A DNA stretch of 64,000 nucleotides, taken from a bacterium (GTDB lineage Bacteria; Patescibacteriota; Dojkabacteria; JAKAPS01; JAJZLI01). Location of the stretch: assembly GCA_021810605.1 (NCBI GenBank), contig JAJZIL010000001.1:604-64603 (forward strand). The letters are read 5' to 3'. The notes below the pieces were generated by a model. It saw nothing but the letters and a program-made list of their open reading frames with translations. It searched no databases and was not told the origin of the DNA. The position numbers and the translations under genes were made by a program. Positions within the stretch are counted from its first letter, which is position 1. The number at the start of each line of letters is the position of its first letter. This document shows positions 10,120-20,177 of this stretch, piece by piece.

Positions 10120-10836
10120 ATGAAGTACTTAATAATAATACCCACATACAATGAAAGATTGAATATAGAAAAATTAATAAAAAAGATTTTTGCTACTAAA
10201 ATTGATCTTAATATACTCTTTGTAGATGATAAATCCCCTGACAAAACTGGAGATTATATAAAAAAAATTCAAAAAAGAAATTCTCATATATATCTAATAG
10301 AGGGAGATAAAAAGGGATTAGGAGATGCCTATAAAAGGGGGTTTCTTTATGCTATTGATAAATTACATCCTCAATATATAATTCAGATGGATGCAGATCT
10401 TTCACATGATCCTAAATATATCGTAAATCTTATAAAAGAATCAAAAAATAATGATGTTGTTATAGGATCAAGATATATAGAAGGAGGAAGTATTCCTAAT
10501 GAATGGAGTTTTACAAGAAAAATGAATTCCAAATTTGGAAATGTGTTTACAAAAAGTATATTAAAATTTCCATATAATGACTGCACATCTGGATTCAAAA
10601 TAATAAAATCCAGTGTATTTGATAAAGATATTATAAGATCAATAAATTCAAATGGGTATTTATTTCAAGTTGAAATACTTTACTATTTTTATAAAAAACA
10701 TTTAAAAATAAAGGAAATTCCTATTAATTTTAAAGATAGATCTCTAGGATTCTCGAAACTATCATTAAAAGATATATTTGAATATTTCTCTAAAATTAAT
10801 AAGATTAAGAATAAATATAATAAACTTTATAACTAA
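10120..10836 (+). CDS. GT2 polyprenol-phosphate mannose/glucose synthase (DPM1/Ppm1-like)
   Basis: 238 aa. IIIPTYNERLNIEKL, VDDKSPDKTGD, GLGDAYKRG, MDADLSHDP and VIGSRYIEGG are the motifs of dolichol/polyprenol-phosphate mannosyltransferases. Confidence 0.8.
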   Translation: MKYLIIIPTYNERLNIEKLIKKIFATKIDLNILFVDDKSPDKTGDYIKKIQKRNSHIYLIEGDKKGLGDAYKRGFLYAIDKLHPQYIIQMDADLSHDPKYIVNLIKESKNNDVVIGSRYIEGGSIPNEWSFTRKMNSKFGNVFTKSILKFPYNDCTSGFKIIKSSVFDKDIIRSINSNGYLFQVEILYYFYKKHLKIKEIPINFKDRSLGFSKLSLKDIFEYFSKINKIKNKYNKLYN

Positions 10837-10839
10837 ATT

Positions 10840-11598
10840 ATGGATTTATCTATAATAATAATTAATTGGAATACATATAATCTAACATATAAATGTATAG
10901 ACAGTATAAAAATTTCAAATTATAAGTATGAGATAATTTTAGTCAATAATAGTAGTAATGATGCAATCAAGATTGCTAAATTAAAGAATATATATAACAA
11001 TCTTAAAATTATACAAAATAAAGAAAACATTTATTTTGCTAAAGCTAATAATAGAGCTTACTCTGAAGCAAAAGGTAGATATATATTATTACTTGGATCT
11101 GATACTAGAATTTTAAATGATGCTATAGATCAATTAATTAAATTTTTGGATACGAACTCAAAATACTCAATAGTATCACCTCAACTTATAAATTCTGATG
11201 GTAGTATACAAAGATCTTGTAGAAATTTTCCAACAGTTATAAATGTATTTAAATCATTATTTGATATAAATCAAAAATCTAGATTCTTTGGAGAGTATAA
11301 ATTATCATATTGGGATCATAATGATTCTATGGAAGTTGTTCAGCCTCAAGCTACATGTATTTTAATAAGAAAAGAAATAATAGATAAATATGGTCTTTTT
11401 GATGAAAAATTTCCTCTATATTTTAATGATGTAGATTTTTTCAGAAAAATGAAAAAATTTAATATAAAGACATATTTTTTATCTACAGCAAAAATAATTC
11501 ATTTTTACGGTCAAAGCACTAGAAAATTAAGATGGAAAAGAAAATTACTTTTATATACTGGATATATTAATTATATAAAAAAATGGGGATTAAATTAA
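10840..11598 (+). CDS. glycosyltransferase family 2
   Basis: 252 aa. LSIIIINWNTYNLTYKCIDSI at the N-terminus and LGSDT (DxD-like) are typical of GT2. Confidence 0.7.
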   Translation: MDLSIIIINWNTYNLTYKCIDSIKISNYKYEIILVNNSSNDAIKIAKLKNIYNNLKIIQNKENIYFAKANNRAYSEAKGRYILLLGSDTRILNDAIDQLIKFLDTNSKYSIVSPQLINSDGSIQRSCRNFPTVINVFKSLFDINQKSRFFGEYKLSYWDHNDSMEVVQPQATCILIRKEIIDKYGLFDEKFPLYFNDVDFFRKMKKFNIKTYFLSTAKIIHFYGQSTRKLRWKRKLLLYTGYINYIKKWGLN

Positions 11599-11608
11599 TT
11601 AATGTAAT

Positions 11609-11725
11609 TTATTTACTTTCTTCTTGATTAGCTTGTAATCTCATTTTTTTTCTTTCTCTATTTCTAACTCTCTGCTCTTTAGCTTTAAGTTTTTCTTTTG
11701 TTCTCATTTTTTTTCTTTTACTCAT
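11609..11725 (-). CDS. small (38 aa) highly basic ORF not in supplied track (MSKRKKMRTKEKLKAKEQRVRNRERKKMRLQANQEESK)
   Basis: Hand translation of the minus strand. K/R-rich like small ribosomal or nucleic-acid-binding proteins. It sits between SDR and GT genes. Below the ORF-track length cutoff. Confidence 0.25.
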   Translation of the reverse strand: MSKRKKMRTKEKLKAKEQRVRNRERKKMRLQANQEESK

Positions 11726-11756
11726 GCCAAGAGTATATCTAAAAAACTATAATATT

Positions 11757-12533
11757 TCAATAATTATTAATCCTAGTAATAATTTTTCCTAGTATATTGT
11801 GAGGAACAAATTTAATAATAAATACTGATAATCTATTTAATATTCCTGTTACAACAACTCTTTTTCCTTTCATTAATCCATTATAACCAATTAAAGCTAC
11901 TTGTTTTGCACTCATTGCTGAAGAATCAAAAGATTTTTGATTCTTCAGATGAGCTACAGATGCAAAATTAGTTTTAGTTGAACCTGGACATAAAGCTGTA
12001 ACAGTTATATTATATTTGATATTTTCAAAAAATAAAGCTTCAGAAAAAGATAAAACATAAGCTTTTGTAGCGAAATAGACACTCATATATGGACCTGGTA
12101 AAAATGCTGCAACAGAAGCAAGATTCAATATCTTTCCTCTTTTTCTTTTTTTCATATCAGGAAGTATAAAATACGTGAGCTTAGTTAATGATAGAATATT
12201 AAGATTTATCATATCTTGATATCTATCAATACTACTACTATTAAATTCTCCACCCCAACCAAAACCAGAATTATTCACTAATATGGAAATTTTAAGTTTT
12301 TTAGAAGTTATGAAAGAAAATACTTTCTCTGCTGAATCATATAAAGATAAATCTATAGCTATATATTCTACATTTATTTTATATTTCTTCTCTATATTTA
12401 GCTTTATATCTTTTAATTTTTCTTTATTCCGAGATACTAATAGAAGATTATTTTTACTTTTAGCGAATAAAAGCATCAATTCATATCCTATTCCACTTGT
12501 TGCTCCAGTTATAAGTACATACTCTTTATTCAT
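11757..12533 (-). CDS. short-chain dehydrogenase/reductase (SDR)
   Basis: 258 aa. TGATSGIGYEL cofactor motif, NNSG, and the catalytic YFATK (YxxxK). Confidence 0.85.
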   Translation of the reverse strand: MNKEYVLITGATSGIGYELMLLFAKSKNNLLLVSRNKEKLKDIKLNIEKKYKINVEYIAIDLSLYDSAEKVFSFITSKKLKISILVNNSGFGWGGEFNSSSIDRYQDMINLNILSLTKLTYFILPDMKKRKRGKILNLASVAAFLPGPYMSVYFATKAYVLSFSEALFFENIKYNITVTALCPGSTKTNFASVAHLKNQKSFDSSAMSAKQVALIGYNGLMKGKRVVVTGILNRLSVFIIKFVPHNILGKIITRINNY

Positions 12534-12548
12534 CTACTTTTTAGTATA

Positions 12549-13277
12549 TCATAAATATTTATCCAAATTATTATAAAAATTAGATTTATCATAAAAATTA
12601 AAGAAATTTAATTCTTCTTTATATTTTTTTAATTCTATATAAGATTCTACCTTATTTTTAATAAATTCAGATCTTTGTATATCAGGAAATATAAATATAA
12701 CTTTAGGAAAAACATCAAAATACTTTTTATATTCCATAGATAAATAAAAATTTGAATATACATCTATCTTATTAAGTATTTTAAAAAATGTCTCTGTTGA
12801 TCTATCTAGCTCTAAATAAATATTATTCTTGTTAAATATACAAAACCCATCTGGAATAATCTTATATGCTTTACCTTCATATTTAAAATATTTTGCAGTA
12901 TTAATATCAGAAACCCAATCAGAAAAAATATAATTATTTCTTAATGCATATTGTTTAAGATTTATAAAAAAAATATTAGATTCTAATATATGAGGAAGAA
13001 AAAATTGTTTATATGTGTCTTGTATATAGCTAAAAGTTTTCAGATTATTCCCTATAATTTTATTACCTTTTTTAGTAGAAAAATAATATCTAAAACCTCT
13101 ACGATTAGACACCCTCAAAAAAGAAATCAATTTATACTCATAAAGGAGATTTATTCTTTTTCTTAATGTACTAAGTTTTATGTCAAAAAATAAATTAATA
13201 TCTTTTACAGATAGACATGGATGTTGATCAATAAAGCTAAGAATCTGAATGTCTTTTTCTTTAATTTCCGTGTACAT
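12549..13277 (-). CDS. winged-helix protein, replication-relaxation-family-like with possible PD-(D/E)xK-like core
   Basis: 242 aa. N-terminal MarR-like wHTH (ILSFIDQHPCLSVKDINLFFDIKLSTLRKRINLLYEYKLI). Downstream IIPDGFCIF ... YLELDRSTE resembles the PDG...E.DrgTE motif of replication-relaxation proteins. Confidence 0.4.
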   Translation of the reverse strand: MYTEIKEKDIQILSFIDQHPCLSVKDINLFFDIKLSTLRKRINLLYEYKLISFLRVSNRRGFRYYFSTKKGNKIIGNNLKTFSYIQDTYKQFFLPHILESNIFFINLKQYALRNNYIFSDWVSDINTAKYFKYEGKAYKIIPDGFCIFNKNNIYLELDRSTETFFKILNKIDVYSNFYLSMEYKKYFDVFPKVIFIFPDIQRSEFIKNKVESYIELKKYKEELNFFNFYDKSNFYNNLDKYL

Positions 13278-13279
13278 AT

Positions 13280-13726
13280 CTAAAACAGATAATTCCGAAT
13301 CCTCTCTAATTCACCTTTTAAATATATGACTCCCAAACGAGTAAAGTCTCTTTTAATATTTTGTTGATTAGAAGATAAATCATTAAGAACAAATATTTTC
13401 TTCCCTAAAATATATGCAAAGCCTATATCCATATACATATTATAACCAATATATCCTAAGATATTATTCCAATCATAATTTAATATTAGAATTGAATCTG
13501 AACTTTGTATAAAATTATACTCTATATCAAAAGAGTCCTTTCTAAGCTTTAACAATGAAGTATTTTTAGCATCAGAATAACGACTTTTACTTGATTCTAA
13601 AAGATTATACTCTTCAAAAAATGGTAAATTGCAATCATATCCATACTCTTGTAATAATAACATAACCTTTTTAGATTCAATATAATTTTCTATTTTAGAA
13701 CAAATTAATATTTTTTTTCTATCCAT
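13280..13726 (-). CDS. nucleoside 2-deoxyribosyltransferase-like (NDT/SLOG-fold) small protein
   Basis: 148 aa. YMDIGFAYILGKKIFVL matches the NDT active-site region (FElGyAyAlGKPv) with Asp in place of the catalytic Glu. 8-nt overlap with the ATPase upstream. Confidence 0.4.
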   Translation of the reverse strand: MDRKKILICSKIENYIESKKVMLLLQEYGYDCNLPFFEEYNLLESSKSRYSDAKNTSLLKLRKDSFDIEYNFIQSSDSILILNYDWNNILGYIGYNMYMDIGFAYILGKKIFVLNDLSSNQQNIKRDFTRLGVIYLKGELERIRNYLF

Positions 13727-15719
13727 AAGTATTTAATAATCTAGAATAAATTGTATATACAGCATTATTATCATTTTTAGAGTAAATAAGATATCTATTT
13801 ATATTTGAAGGAATTTCAAAGTTTATAATATTAGAAAGATATTTCCTGGAACTCTCCCCAGTATCCATTATATAAAAATTTGAACAATTCTCTATGATAC
13901 TAGATAAATATTTTTTATCTATCTGATCTATATATTGATTCGCAACAAATACTGATAAATTGTACTTACGAGATTCTGAAAAGATAAATAGGACATTCTC
14001 GGATATAAAATTTTGAAATTCATCAATATACAAATATACATGATTCTTACTTTTTTTCTGAATAATAGTATTTCTTATCTGATTTATTATTAAAGATCCT
14101 AAAAATTTAGAATTCTCTTCCCCTACTACATTTTTTGGTATAGAAAATATTATACTTTTACCTTTATCAACAATAGAATTTAAATCTAAATTCTTATTTT
14201 CTCCAGATACAAACTTAGAAATAAACTTATCTGATTTGAGTCTACCTATCTTATTTATTATTGGAGAAATTCTATCCATCCTTGACCTATTATCCCACTT
14301 AGAAAAAATACTATCAAAGTAATCTAGTGTATCTTTATCTTTTAGAGTTAAAAGAACCTTTAATCTAAAGTGTTCATCTGTCAAAAATTCTTCTAAATCT
14401 AAAATATTATACTTATTTTCAGAAAATATTAAAGCTGAAAGACTTCTTCTTAAAATATCATCACTCTGAGGACCCCAAAACTCAGGATAAAGATCTTTAA
14501 ATATAGAAACAATATTATCAATTAAAAGATATTTATTCATATTTGGATCTAGATTTAAAGGATTAATAGAATATTTAATATCAGAAAAATCTACCAATAC
14601 ACAATTTTTTCTATCTTTTAAAGAGAGTTCTGATACTATCAAATCAGATAAATTATGGGGATCTATAACTATAGTAGATTTACAATTTTTAATATTCTGT
14701 ACAATTATATTTTTCATAAAAAGACTCTTCCCTGATCCAGTTTTTCCTATAAGATAACTATGTGATTTTAAGTATATATCCTTTATTCTAACCTTTTTCC
14801 CATTATTAAATCCTATAAATACACCTTTATTTTTATCCAATACTCTAGAGGGTATATTTAACTCTAAACTGTGCTTGACTAGATTTAAAGAATTATTACT
14901 ACTGACAATAGGTCTGAATATATGAGATAAATTTTTATTATAAAATAATATAGATTTAGCCTTATTATTAGATAATAATAGTGATACTCTATTTAGAATC
15001 TTCTTATCATTAGATTCAACTTTTAGAATAACTAGAGATAAATCCTTGAATCTATATGGATTTCTTAAAATAAAGCTAAAAGATACGCTTTTATTGTCTT
15101 TCAATATATTTAATATATCTTCATAGTAGTTATAAGAAGAATCTAATAACAAATATTTCTTATATAATTTTATCTCTCTTTTCTTAATAGTTGAGATAAT
15201 AATATCTGGGTAATTTAAATGTACAACATCTTTTATATGGTCTATATTTGCTTTACTAATTTGAACCGAATTATATACTTCTCCCCTTACATATTCATAA
15301 GAAATATTTAAAGGTAGTCCTAAAAAAATATCCTCTAGACTCTTATAATGGGGTGTTCTCGTGGAAGATAATTTTAAATTTACTTTTTTAACTATAAATA
15401 AAGATTTTATGAAGAAAAATAGATAATTTAATAGTATCAAAATAGACAACAAATATAGTTCCCAATATATATATTTATATGAATAAGCTAAAAAAATTAA
15501 TACTGGAATAAATGTTGCAAAAAATGATCTACTTACACTCTGAGAATAAGATGAAATTAAATTTTTTATTTTTGATATTAAAGTTCCTTCTGAATATAAA
15601 ATATGTATAATTATTAAAAGAAAAATAATAAATATTGGAATATAACTTTGAGGAAATAAAAAAATATATACAAAAAGTAATATTATTAGAAATTGGTTTA
15701 GATAAAAATTCTTTTTCAT
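13719..15719 (-). CDS. membrane-anchored FtsK/HerA-superfamily ATPase, TraG/VirD4-like type IV coupling protein
   Basis: 666 aa. Three to four N-terminal TM helices. Walker A LIGKTGSGKSLF followed by IVIDPHNLSD. Walker B VYLYIDEFQNF. ANQYIDQI resembles the QSxxQL motif of T4CPs. Confidence 0.6.
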   Translation of the reverse strand: MKKNFYLNQFLIILLFVYIFLFPQSYIPIFIIFLLIIIHILYSEGTLISKIKNLISSYSQSVSRSFFATFIPVLIFLAYSYKYIYWELYLLSILILLNYLFFFIKSLFIVKKVNLKLSSTRTPHYKSLEDIFLGLPLNISYEYVRGEVYNSVQISKANIDHIKDVVHLNYPDIIISTIKKREIKLYKKYLLLDSSYNYYEDILNILKDNKSVSFSFILRNPYRFKDLSLVILKVESNDKKILNRVSLLLSNNKAKSILFYNKNLSHIFRPIVSSNNSLNLVKHSLELNIPSRVLDKNKGVFIGFNNGKKVRIKDIYLKSHSYLIGKTGSGKSLFMKNIIVQNIKNCKSTIVIDPHNLSDLIVSELSLKDRKNCVLVDFSDIKYSINPLNLDPNMNKYLLIDNIVSIFKDLYPEFWGPQSDDILRRSLSALIFSENKYNILDLEEFLTDEHFRLKVLLTLKDKDTLDYFDSIFSKWDNRSRMDRISPIINKIGRLKSDKFISKFVSGENKNLDLNSIVDKGKSIIFSIPKNVVGEENSKFLGSLIINQIRNTIIQKKSKNHVYLYIDEFQNFISENVLFIFSESRKYNLSVFVANQYIDQIDKKYLSSIIENCSNFYIMDTGESSRKYLSNIINFEIPSNINRYLIYSKNDNNAVYTIYSRLLNTYG

Positions 15720-16450
15720 TTAATACTAAAAGTTTCTAAATTTTTATAAAATTCAAATATATTATAATTTTTTATTAAATAGACCTTACCTACTCCATAT
15801 ACAGTATAATTAATTTTATTTGTAGTAAATATAACAGTATCCTCATCAATACCAATAATTAAAGAATCTTTTGGAAAACTATTGAAAAATTGCTTATTTA
15901 GATATTTTAAATTAATCAATTTAGAAAATTTATTGAAATGAGGTATCACACTAAAATTAACTATTCCAGATAATCTAGAAATTTCCAAACCATCTTCTCT
16001 TTTCTTCTTAAAAATACTTTTAAAAATATTATTAGGTAAAAATTCCCCCATTATCATAGCACCTGCTGATGACCCAGCAAGAATAAAACCTTTGTCATTA
16101 TTAACCCTCTGTATAATCTTTTCTAAAAATAAAGTATTTTCTAAACATGAAAAAAGATATTCAGGATCTCCTCCAGAAAAATATATAACATTACATTGAT
16201 CAATAAGATTAATATTACTACTTTCAAAAAAATCTTTTCTTGACACTATATCAGCTCCAAATGAATCTATTCCAATTTTTTCAAAATGACTAATCCCATC
16301 ATCAATCCATTTATGATAATCAGATTCTTTCCCTGCAGCTGCTGGAATTATCATGACTCTAGGATTATCTATTACACCTATAATATCTTCATCTATTTGA
16401 TTCATAGAATCAGTGAATTCTCCAGAACCCGCTAATAATAACTTTCCCAT
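15716..16450 (-). CDS. peptidase family S51 (dipeptidase E/cyanophycinase-like)
   Basis: 244 aa. IYFSGGDPEYL and ILAGSSAGAMIMG (GxSAG nucleophile elbow) are characteristic of S51. 4-nt overlap with the downstream ATPase. Confidence 0.75.
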   Translation of the reverse strand: MGKLLLAGSGEFTDSMNQIDEDIIGVIDNPRVMIIPAAAGKESDYHKWIDDGISHFEKIGIDSFGADIVSRKDFFESSNINLIDQCNVIYFSGGDPEYLFSCLENTLFLEKIIQRVNNDKGFILAGSSAGAMIMGEFLPNNIFKSIFKKKREDGLEISRLSGIVNFSVIPHFNKFSKLINLKYLNKQFFNSFPKDSLIIGIDEDTVIFTTNKINYTVYGVGKVYLIKNYNIFEFYKNLETFSIK

Positions 16451-16468
16451 ATATCATATTATAACACT

Positions 16469-17305
16469 TCAACTCTTCTCAACTAATAGTCTTGCAAACT
16501 CCATACCATTACTATCACTATCTTTTTTCATATAATTCAAAATAGATTCTCCTATTTTAGGAATATTTGATCTCTTAAAAAATATCTGGATATTCTCAAC
16601 AGAGCTTATAGAAAGAATATTATTCCCTAAATTATTCTCTAAAAGAAAATTAGAATAGTTTTGCATAGACATGTATAGTGAAATTTTTTTTAACTGAGAT
16701 ATAAATGCTTTTGAAAAAAAACTATTACTACTTATATTCTCAATATCATTTATATTATACCCTCTAAAATATGCTTGTATAAAAATTCTAATTGTATCTT
16801 TTTCCCAACCAAGAGATTGTAAATGTGAATATATCAATGATATAGAATTTATTTCTCCTAATCCAGATAGAAATGTAAATTTCTTAGATAAAAAATCTAT
16901 CATACTAGAGGAAAATGGAGATATAAAAGGATCAAATATAGGGATATTCTGTATTCTTGATAATTTATTAGCAATCCTAACTTGAGGAAGAAAATCTAGA
17001 TTACTATTTTCAAGTATGATAAAACTGTACTCATAATTAAAATCTTTATATTGTAACCAAATATCTTTTGTAGCAGAAAAAGAAGATATACCATTCAATA
17101 TTATTAAAGTTTTACCAGTTGGAAATTTTAAAACAGAGTGAGTTGAATCTGGAAGATAAAGACTCTTACTCTGTTCTCTATTAATAACTCTAATATTATC
17201 AAAAGAAATAATTTCAGCTAAATCCCCATTAGTTTCAGTATTAGAATTATCATTGGATCTATTTAAATAGAAAATATTTCCTGAATTATTAAATTTATTC
17301 TCCAT
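16469..17305 (-). CDS. hypothetical protein
   Basis: 278 aa ORF, first gene of the minus-strand run ending at the SDR. No recognisable motifs. Confidence 0.5.
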   Translation of the reverse strand: MENKFNNSGNIFYLNRSNDNSNTETNGDLAEIISFDNIRVINREQSKSLYLPDSTHSVLKFPTGKTLIILNGISSFSATKDIWLQYKDFNYEYSFIILENSNLDFLPQVRIANKLSRIQNIPIFDPFISPFSSSMIDFLSKKFTFLSGLGEINSISLIYSHLQSLGWEKDTIRIFIQAYFRGYNINDIENISSNSFFSKAFISQLKKISLYMSMQNYSNFLLENNLGNNILSISSVENIQIFFKRSNIPKIGESILNYMKKDSDSNGMEFARLLVEKS

Positions 17306-17413
17306 TCAAATTAGATTGTAACAAATACATATATACTAACTCAACTTAAAGTATATTGACAAAAACTATAAGGTAATCTAGAATAGGTTTAATAATTTAT
17401 TTTAATAAATATT

Positions 17414-18073
17414 ATGAATAAAGAAAGACAAGAACATATAGATGATTTAGTACAGAAAAGTATTCATTCCAGAAGAAAACCAATGAATAGAAGAAAAAAA
17501 CTAGAAAGAACTTTACTTCTTGCAGCAGGACTATTTACTGCTGGTTTGGGAATTGATAAAGCACTTAATTTTACTAATAAAACAGAGGTAGGCAATCCTG
17601 TATCTACAAAATTAGTTAATAGACCTGAAGTTAATGGAGTCCCTGAAGTATCTGAAGGAGAGATTTCTGTTACAAGTGGAGGAAATCTTGTGACTGTTGC
17701 AATAGGAATAGAAGATAACCCAGCTATTAAAAAAGCTTTTCATATACAATCTAATCCAAATTCTAATTACAAAGTTACTCTAGAAGCAAATAATTTTACT
17801 ACAGATAGAGGACAAATATCCTTCCCTAAAATGAATGGATCTATAGGAGAAACAGCTATAATAACCAAAGTTTCTAATGGAACAAGTTCTGAGATAGCAA
17901 GTGATAAGAATAGCTATATATTAGTCTTTACAGGAGAAAATTCACAAAATTCTATAAACTTTCAAAGCGAAGTACAAAATACTGGGATATCAGGAGAATA
18001 TGCTATTAGAATTACAAATAATGTAACTGGTAATTCTAAAAATTTAATGAAAACATCTTTCCAAACTAGTTAA
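17414..18073 (+). CDS. membrane-anchored hypothetical protein (basic N-terminus, one TM, extracytoplasmic S/T/N-rich domain)
   Basis: 219 aa. RRKPMNRRKKLERTLLLAAGLFTAGLGI is a TM anchor. Confidence 0.5.
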   Translation: MNKERQEHIDDLVQKSIHSRRKPMNRRKKLERTLLLAAGLFTAGLGIDKALNFTNKTEVGNPVSTKLVNRPEVNGVPEVSEGEISVTSGGNLVTVAIGIEDNPAIKKAFHIQSNPNSNYKVTLEANNFTTDRGQISFPKMNGSIGETAIITKVSNGTSSEIASDKNSYILVFTGENSQNSINFQSEVQNTGISGEYAIRITNNVTGNSKNLMKTSFQTS

Positions 18074-18078
18074 ATATA

Positions 18079-18984
18079 CTAGTCAGTAAATTCACTATAC
18101 ATATGATCAGAAGATCTTGACATATAATGAGGAACTGCTGAATAAGGATTGTTAGAATGAATTACACATGCAGCAATAATATATGCTGGTGCATTCATAT
18201 ATATATCAGCAACATCTAATATAGTTTTTCTAGTTGATTCTGTTTTTTCAATAAGATCTTCCCCTTCTCCAGAGTATATTAAAATATTTTTTAATATCGA
18301 ATCTGAAAAAAAATATCTCTCACTCGAATCCATCCTATTACGATAATCCATCATCTTACTATATATAGATAACTTATTTTTAATAAAATCAATATTCTCA
18401 CTATCTCTATAAAATAAAAGACTTTCTAATATTTCTCTTTCTGGAAGATTATTAAAAAATTTTTTTATATATTCATATTCATTATATATCTCTACAGATT
18501 CTTCAATAATCTTACCTTTAGAAGAAGCAATATACCCAGAAACCATTTTTAAAAAATATGAATCCAATTGATTTTCAAAAGAAGACTTCATGTCCTTAAT
18601 ATATTTTTTAGAATTAGTAGAAATAGTTTCAAATTCTTTTTGAAAAAAATAATTACTATCTAAACCAAATTGAGTGTAATTTATAAGTCTCTGATTTTTA
18701 GAATTATTAATATGATCTAATTTTTGAATAATATTATAATTATTAAAAATAGATTTATATTTATACAATGAAATAGAAGGAAGATAACTTTCATCCTGAA
18801 TACGTTCTAATTCACTTTTATGTATGGTCCTTTCTTGCTTCTTATAACTACTTGTCATTGTTATTGTAGTTTCATTAATCTCTATGTCGTTAATCTCTAC
18901 TAAATTCATGTTCTTAAATAATGATAAAAATATTAAGTATTGAATTATACTACAATTTATTATTAAAAACCAAATGTTTATCAT
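18079..18984 (-). CDS. hypothetical protein
   Basis: 301 aa ORF with no recognisable motifs. Confidence 0.5.
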   Translation of the reverse strand: MINIWFLIINCSIIQYLIFLSLFKNMNLVEINDIEINETTITMTSSYKKQERTIHKSELERIQDESYLPSISLYKYKSIFNNYNIIQKLDHINNSKNQRLINYTQFGLDSNYFFQKEFETISTNSKKYIKDMKSSFENQLDSYFLKMVSGYIASSKGKIIEESVEIYNEYEYIKKFFNNLPEREILESLLFYRDSENIDFIKNKLSIYSKMMDYRNRMDSSERYFFSDSILKNILIYSGEGEDLIEKTESTRKTILDVADIYMNAPAYIIAACVIHSNNPYSAVPHYMSRSSDHMYSEFTD

Positions 18985-19040
18985 ATAGCAACAGCAAAAA
19001 TCAGCATAATTCAGAAAATATATGTTATAATCCTATAAAT

Positions 19041-20177
19041 ATGGATAAAAGTATAGAACTTTCTATTATAATGCCTTGCTACAATGAAGAAGACACTGTT
19101 GCTATTTGTATAAAAAAAGCTAAATCAGCAATTAAAGATCTAAAAATAAAAGGAGAAGTTATTGTTATAGATAATAACTCAAAAGATAACTCCTTTAATG
19201 TGGCAAAAAAAGCTGGAGCTATAGTATTTAAAGAAAGACTTAAAGGTTACGGAAATGCTTTAAGAAAAGGTTTTAAAGAAGCAAGTGGAAAATATATAAT
19301 AATGGCTGATTCTGATGATACATATGATTTTTATGAATCAAAAAAAATATATAATAGACTTAAAAAAGGTTACGATTTTGTTATAGGTGATAGATATAAA
19401 AAAGGGAAAATAGAAAAGGGAGCAACTCCATTCTCTCATAGATTAGGAGCTCCTCTATTAACATTTATATTAAATGTATTTTATGGAACAAATATATCTG
19501 ATGCTCATTGTGGAATGAGAGGAATAGAGAGAAATGCTTATAAAAGACTTAATCTTCAAACTGAAGGAATGGAATTTGCATCTGAAATGATTGTTAAAGC
19601 AGGGAAACTAAAACTTAAAATATCAGAAGTCCCAATTACTCTATCTAAAAGAAAAGGATCTGAAGCAAAACTTTCTACATTTAAAGATGGATGGAGACAT
19701 CTATCTTTTCTATTAACTCAGGGAACTAATTTTACATTTATATATCCAGGAACATTACTCCTTATCCTAGGTATTATTATGTTTATACTACTCTCACCTG
19801 GACATTTCACTATATTTGGACGAACATTTTATTACCATATTCTATATATAGCATCTCTCCTATCAATACTTGGTTATAATATTTTAATTTTCGGAGTACT
19901 TACTAAACAATATTCCTCCAAAGAAAAATTTACACCCATTGATAAAATAACTGAACTTATACAACAAATTGATATGAATAAAATTCTTATATTCGGATTA
20001 CTTTTAATACTTCTAAGTATACTTATATTAATTGATGCTTATATAATTTGGGCACAAAATCATTTTGGAGTTCTATTAAGCTCAGGGAAAGTCATTGCAG
20101 GAATCACTATATTTATATTAGGAACACAAACAATATTTGCAGGACTATTTTCAAAAATAATTGAACTTAAAAACTAA
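19041..20177 (+). CDS. GT2 polyisoprenyl-phosphate glycosyltransferase (GtrB/ArnC-like) with C-terminal TM helices
   Basis: Start moved to the internal ATG at 19041 (MDKSIELSIIMPCYNEEDTV) to avoid overlap with the divergent gene. VIDNNSKDNS, MADSDDTYD (DxD) and GDRY are present. The C-terminal 130 aa form about 4 TM helices. Confidence 0.75.
   Translation: MDKSIELSIIMPCYNEEDTVAICIKKAKSAIKDLKIKGEVIVIDNNSKDNSFNVAKKAGAIVFKERLKGYGNALRKGFKEASGKYIIMADSDDTYDFYESKKIYNRLKKGYDFVIGDRYKKGKIEKGATPFSHRLGAPLLTFILNVFYGTNISDAHCGMRGIERNAYKRLNLQTEGMEFASEMIVKAGKLKLKISEVPITLSKRKGSEAKLSTFKDGWRHLSFLLTQGTNFTFIYPGTLLLILGIIMFILLSPGHFTIFGRTFYYHILYIASLLSILGYNILIFGVLTKQYSSKEKFTPIDKITELIQQIDMNKILIFGLLLILLSILILIDAYIIWAQNHFGVLLSSGKVIAGITIFILGTQTIFAGLFSKIIELKN

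Noticed and set aside
10056-10244. 62-aa minus-strand ORF overlapping the 5' end of the DPM1-like GT2 gene
   Set aside because: It overlaps a well-supported gene start and its divergent promoter region. It is hydrophobic low-complexity and probably spurious.
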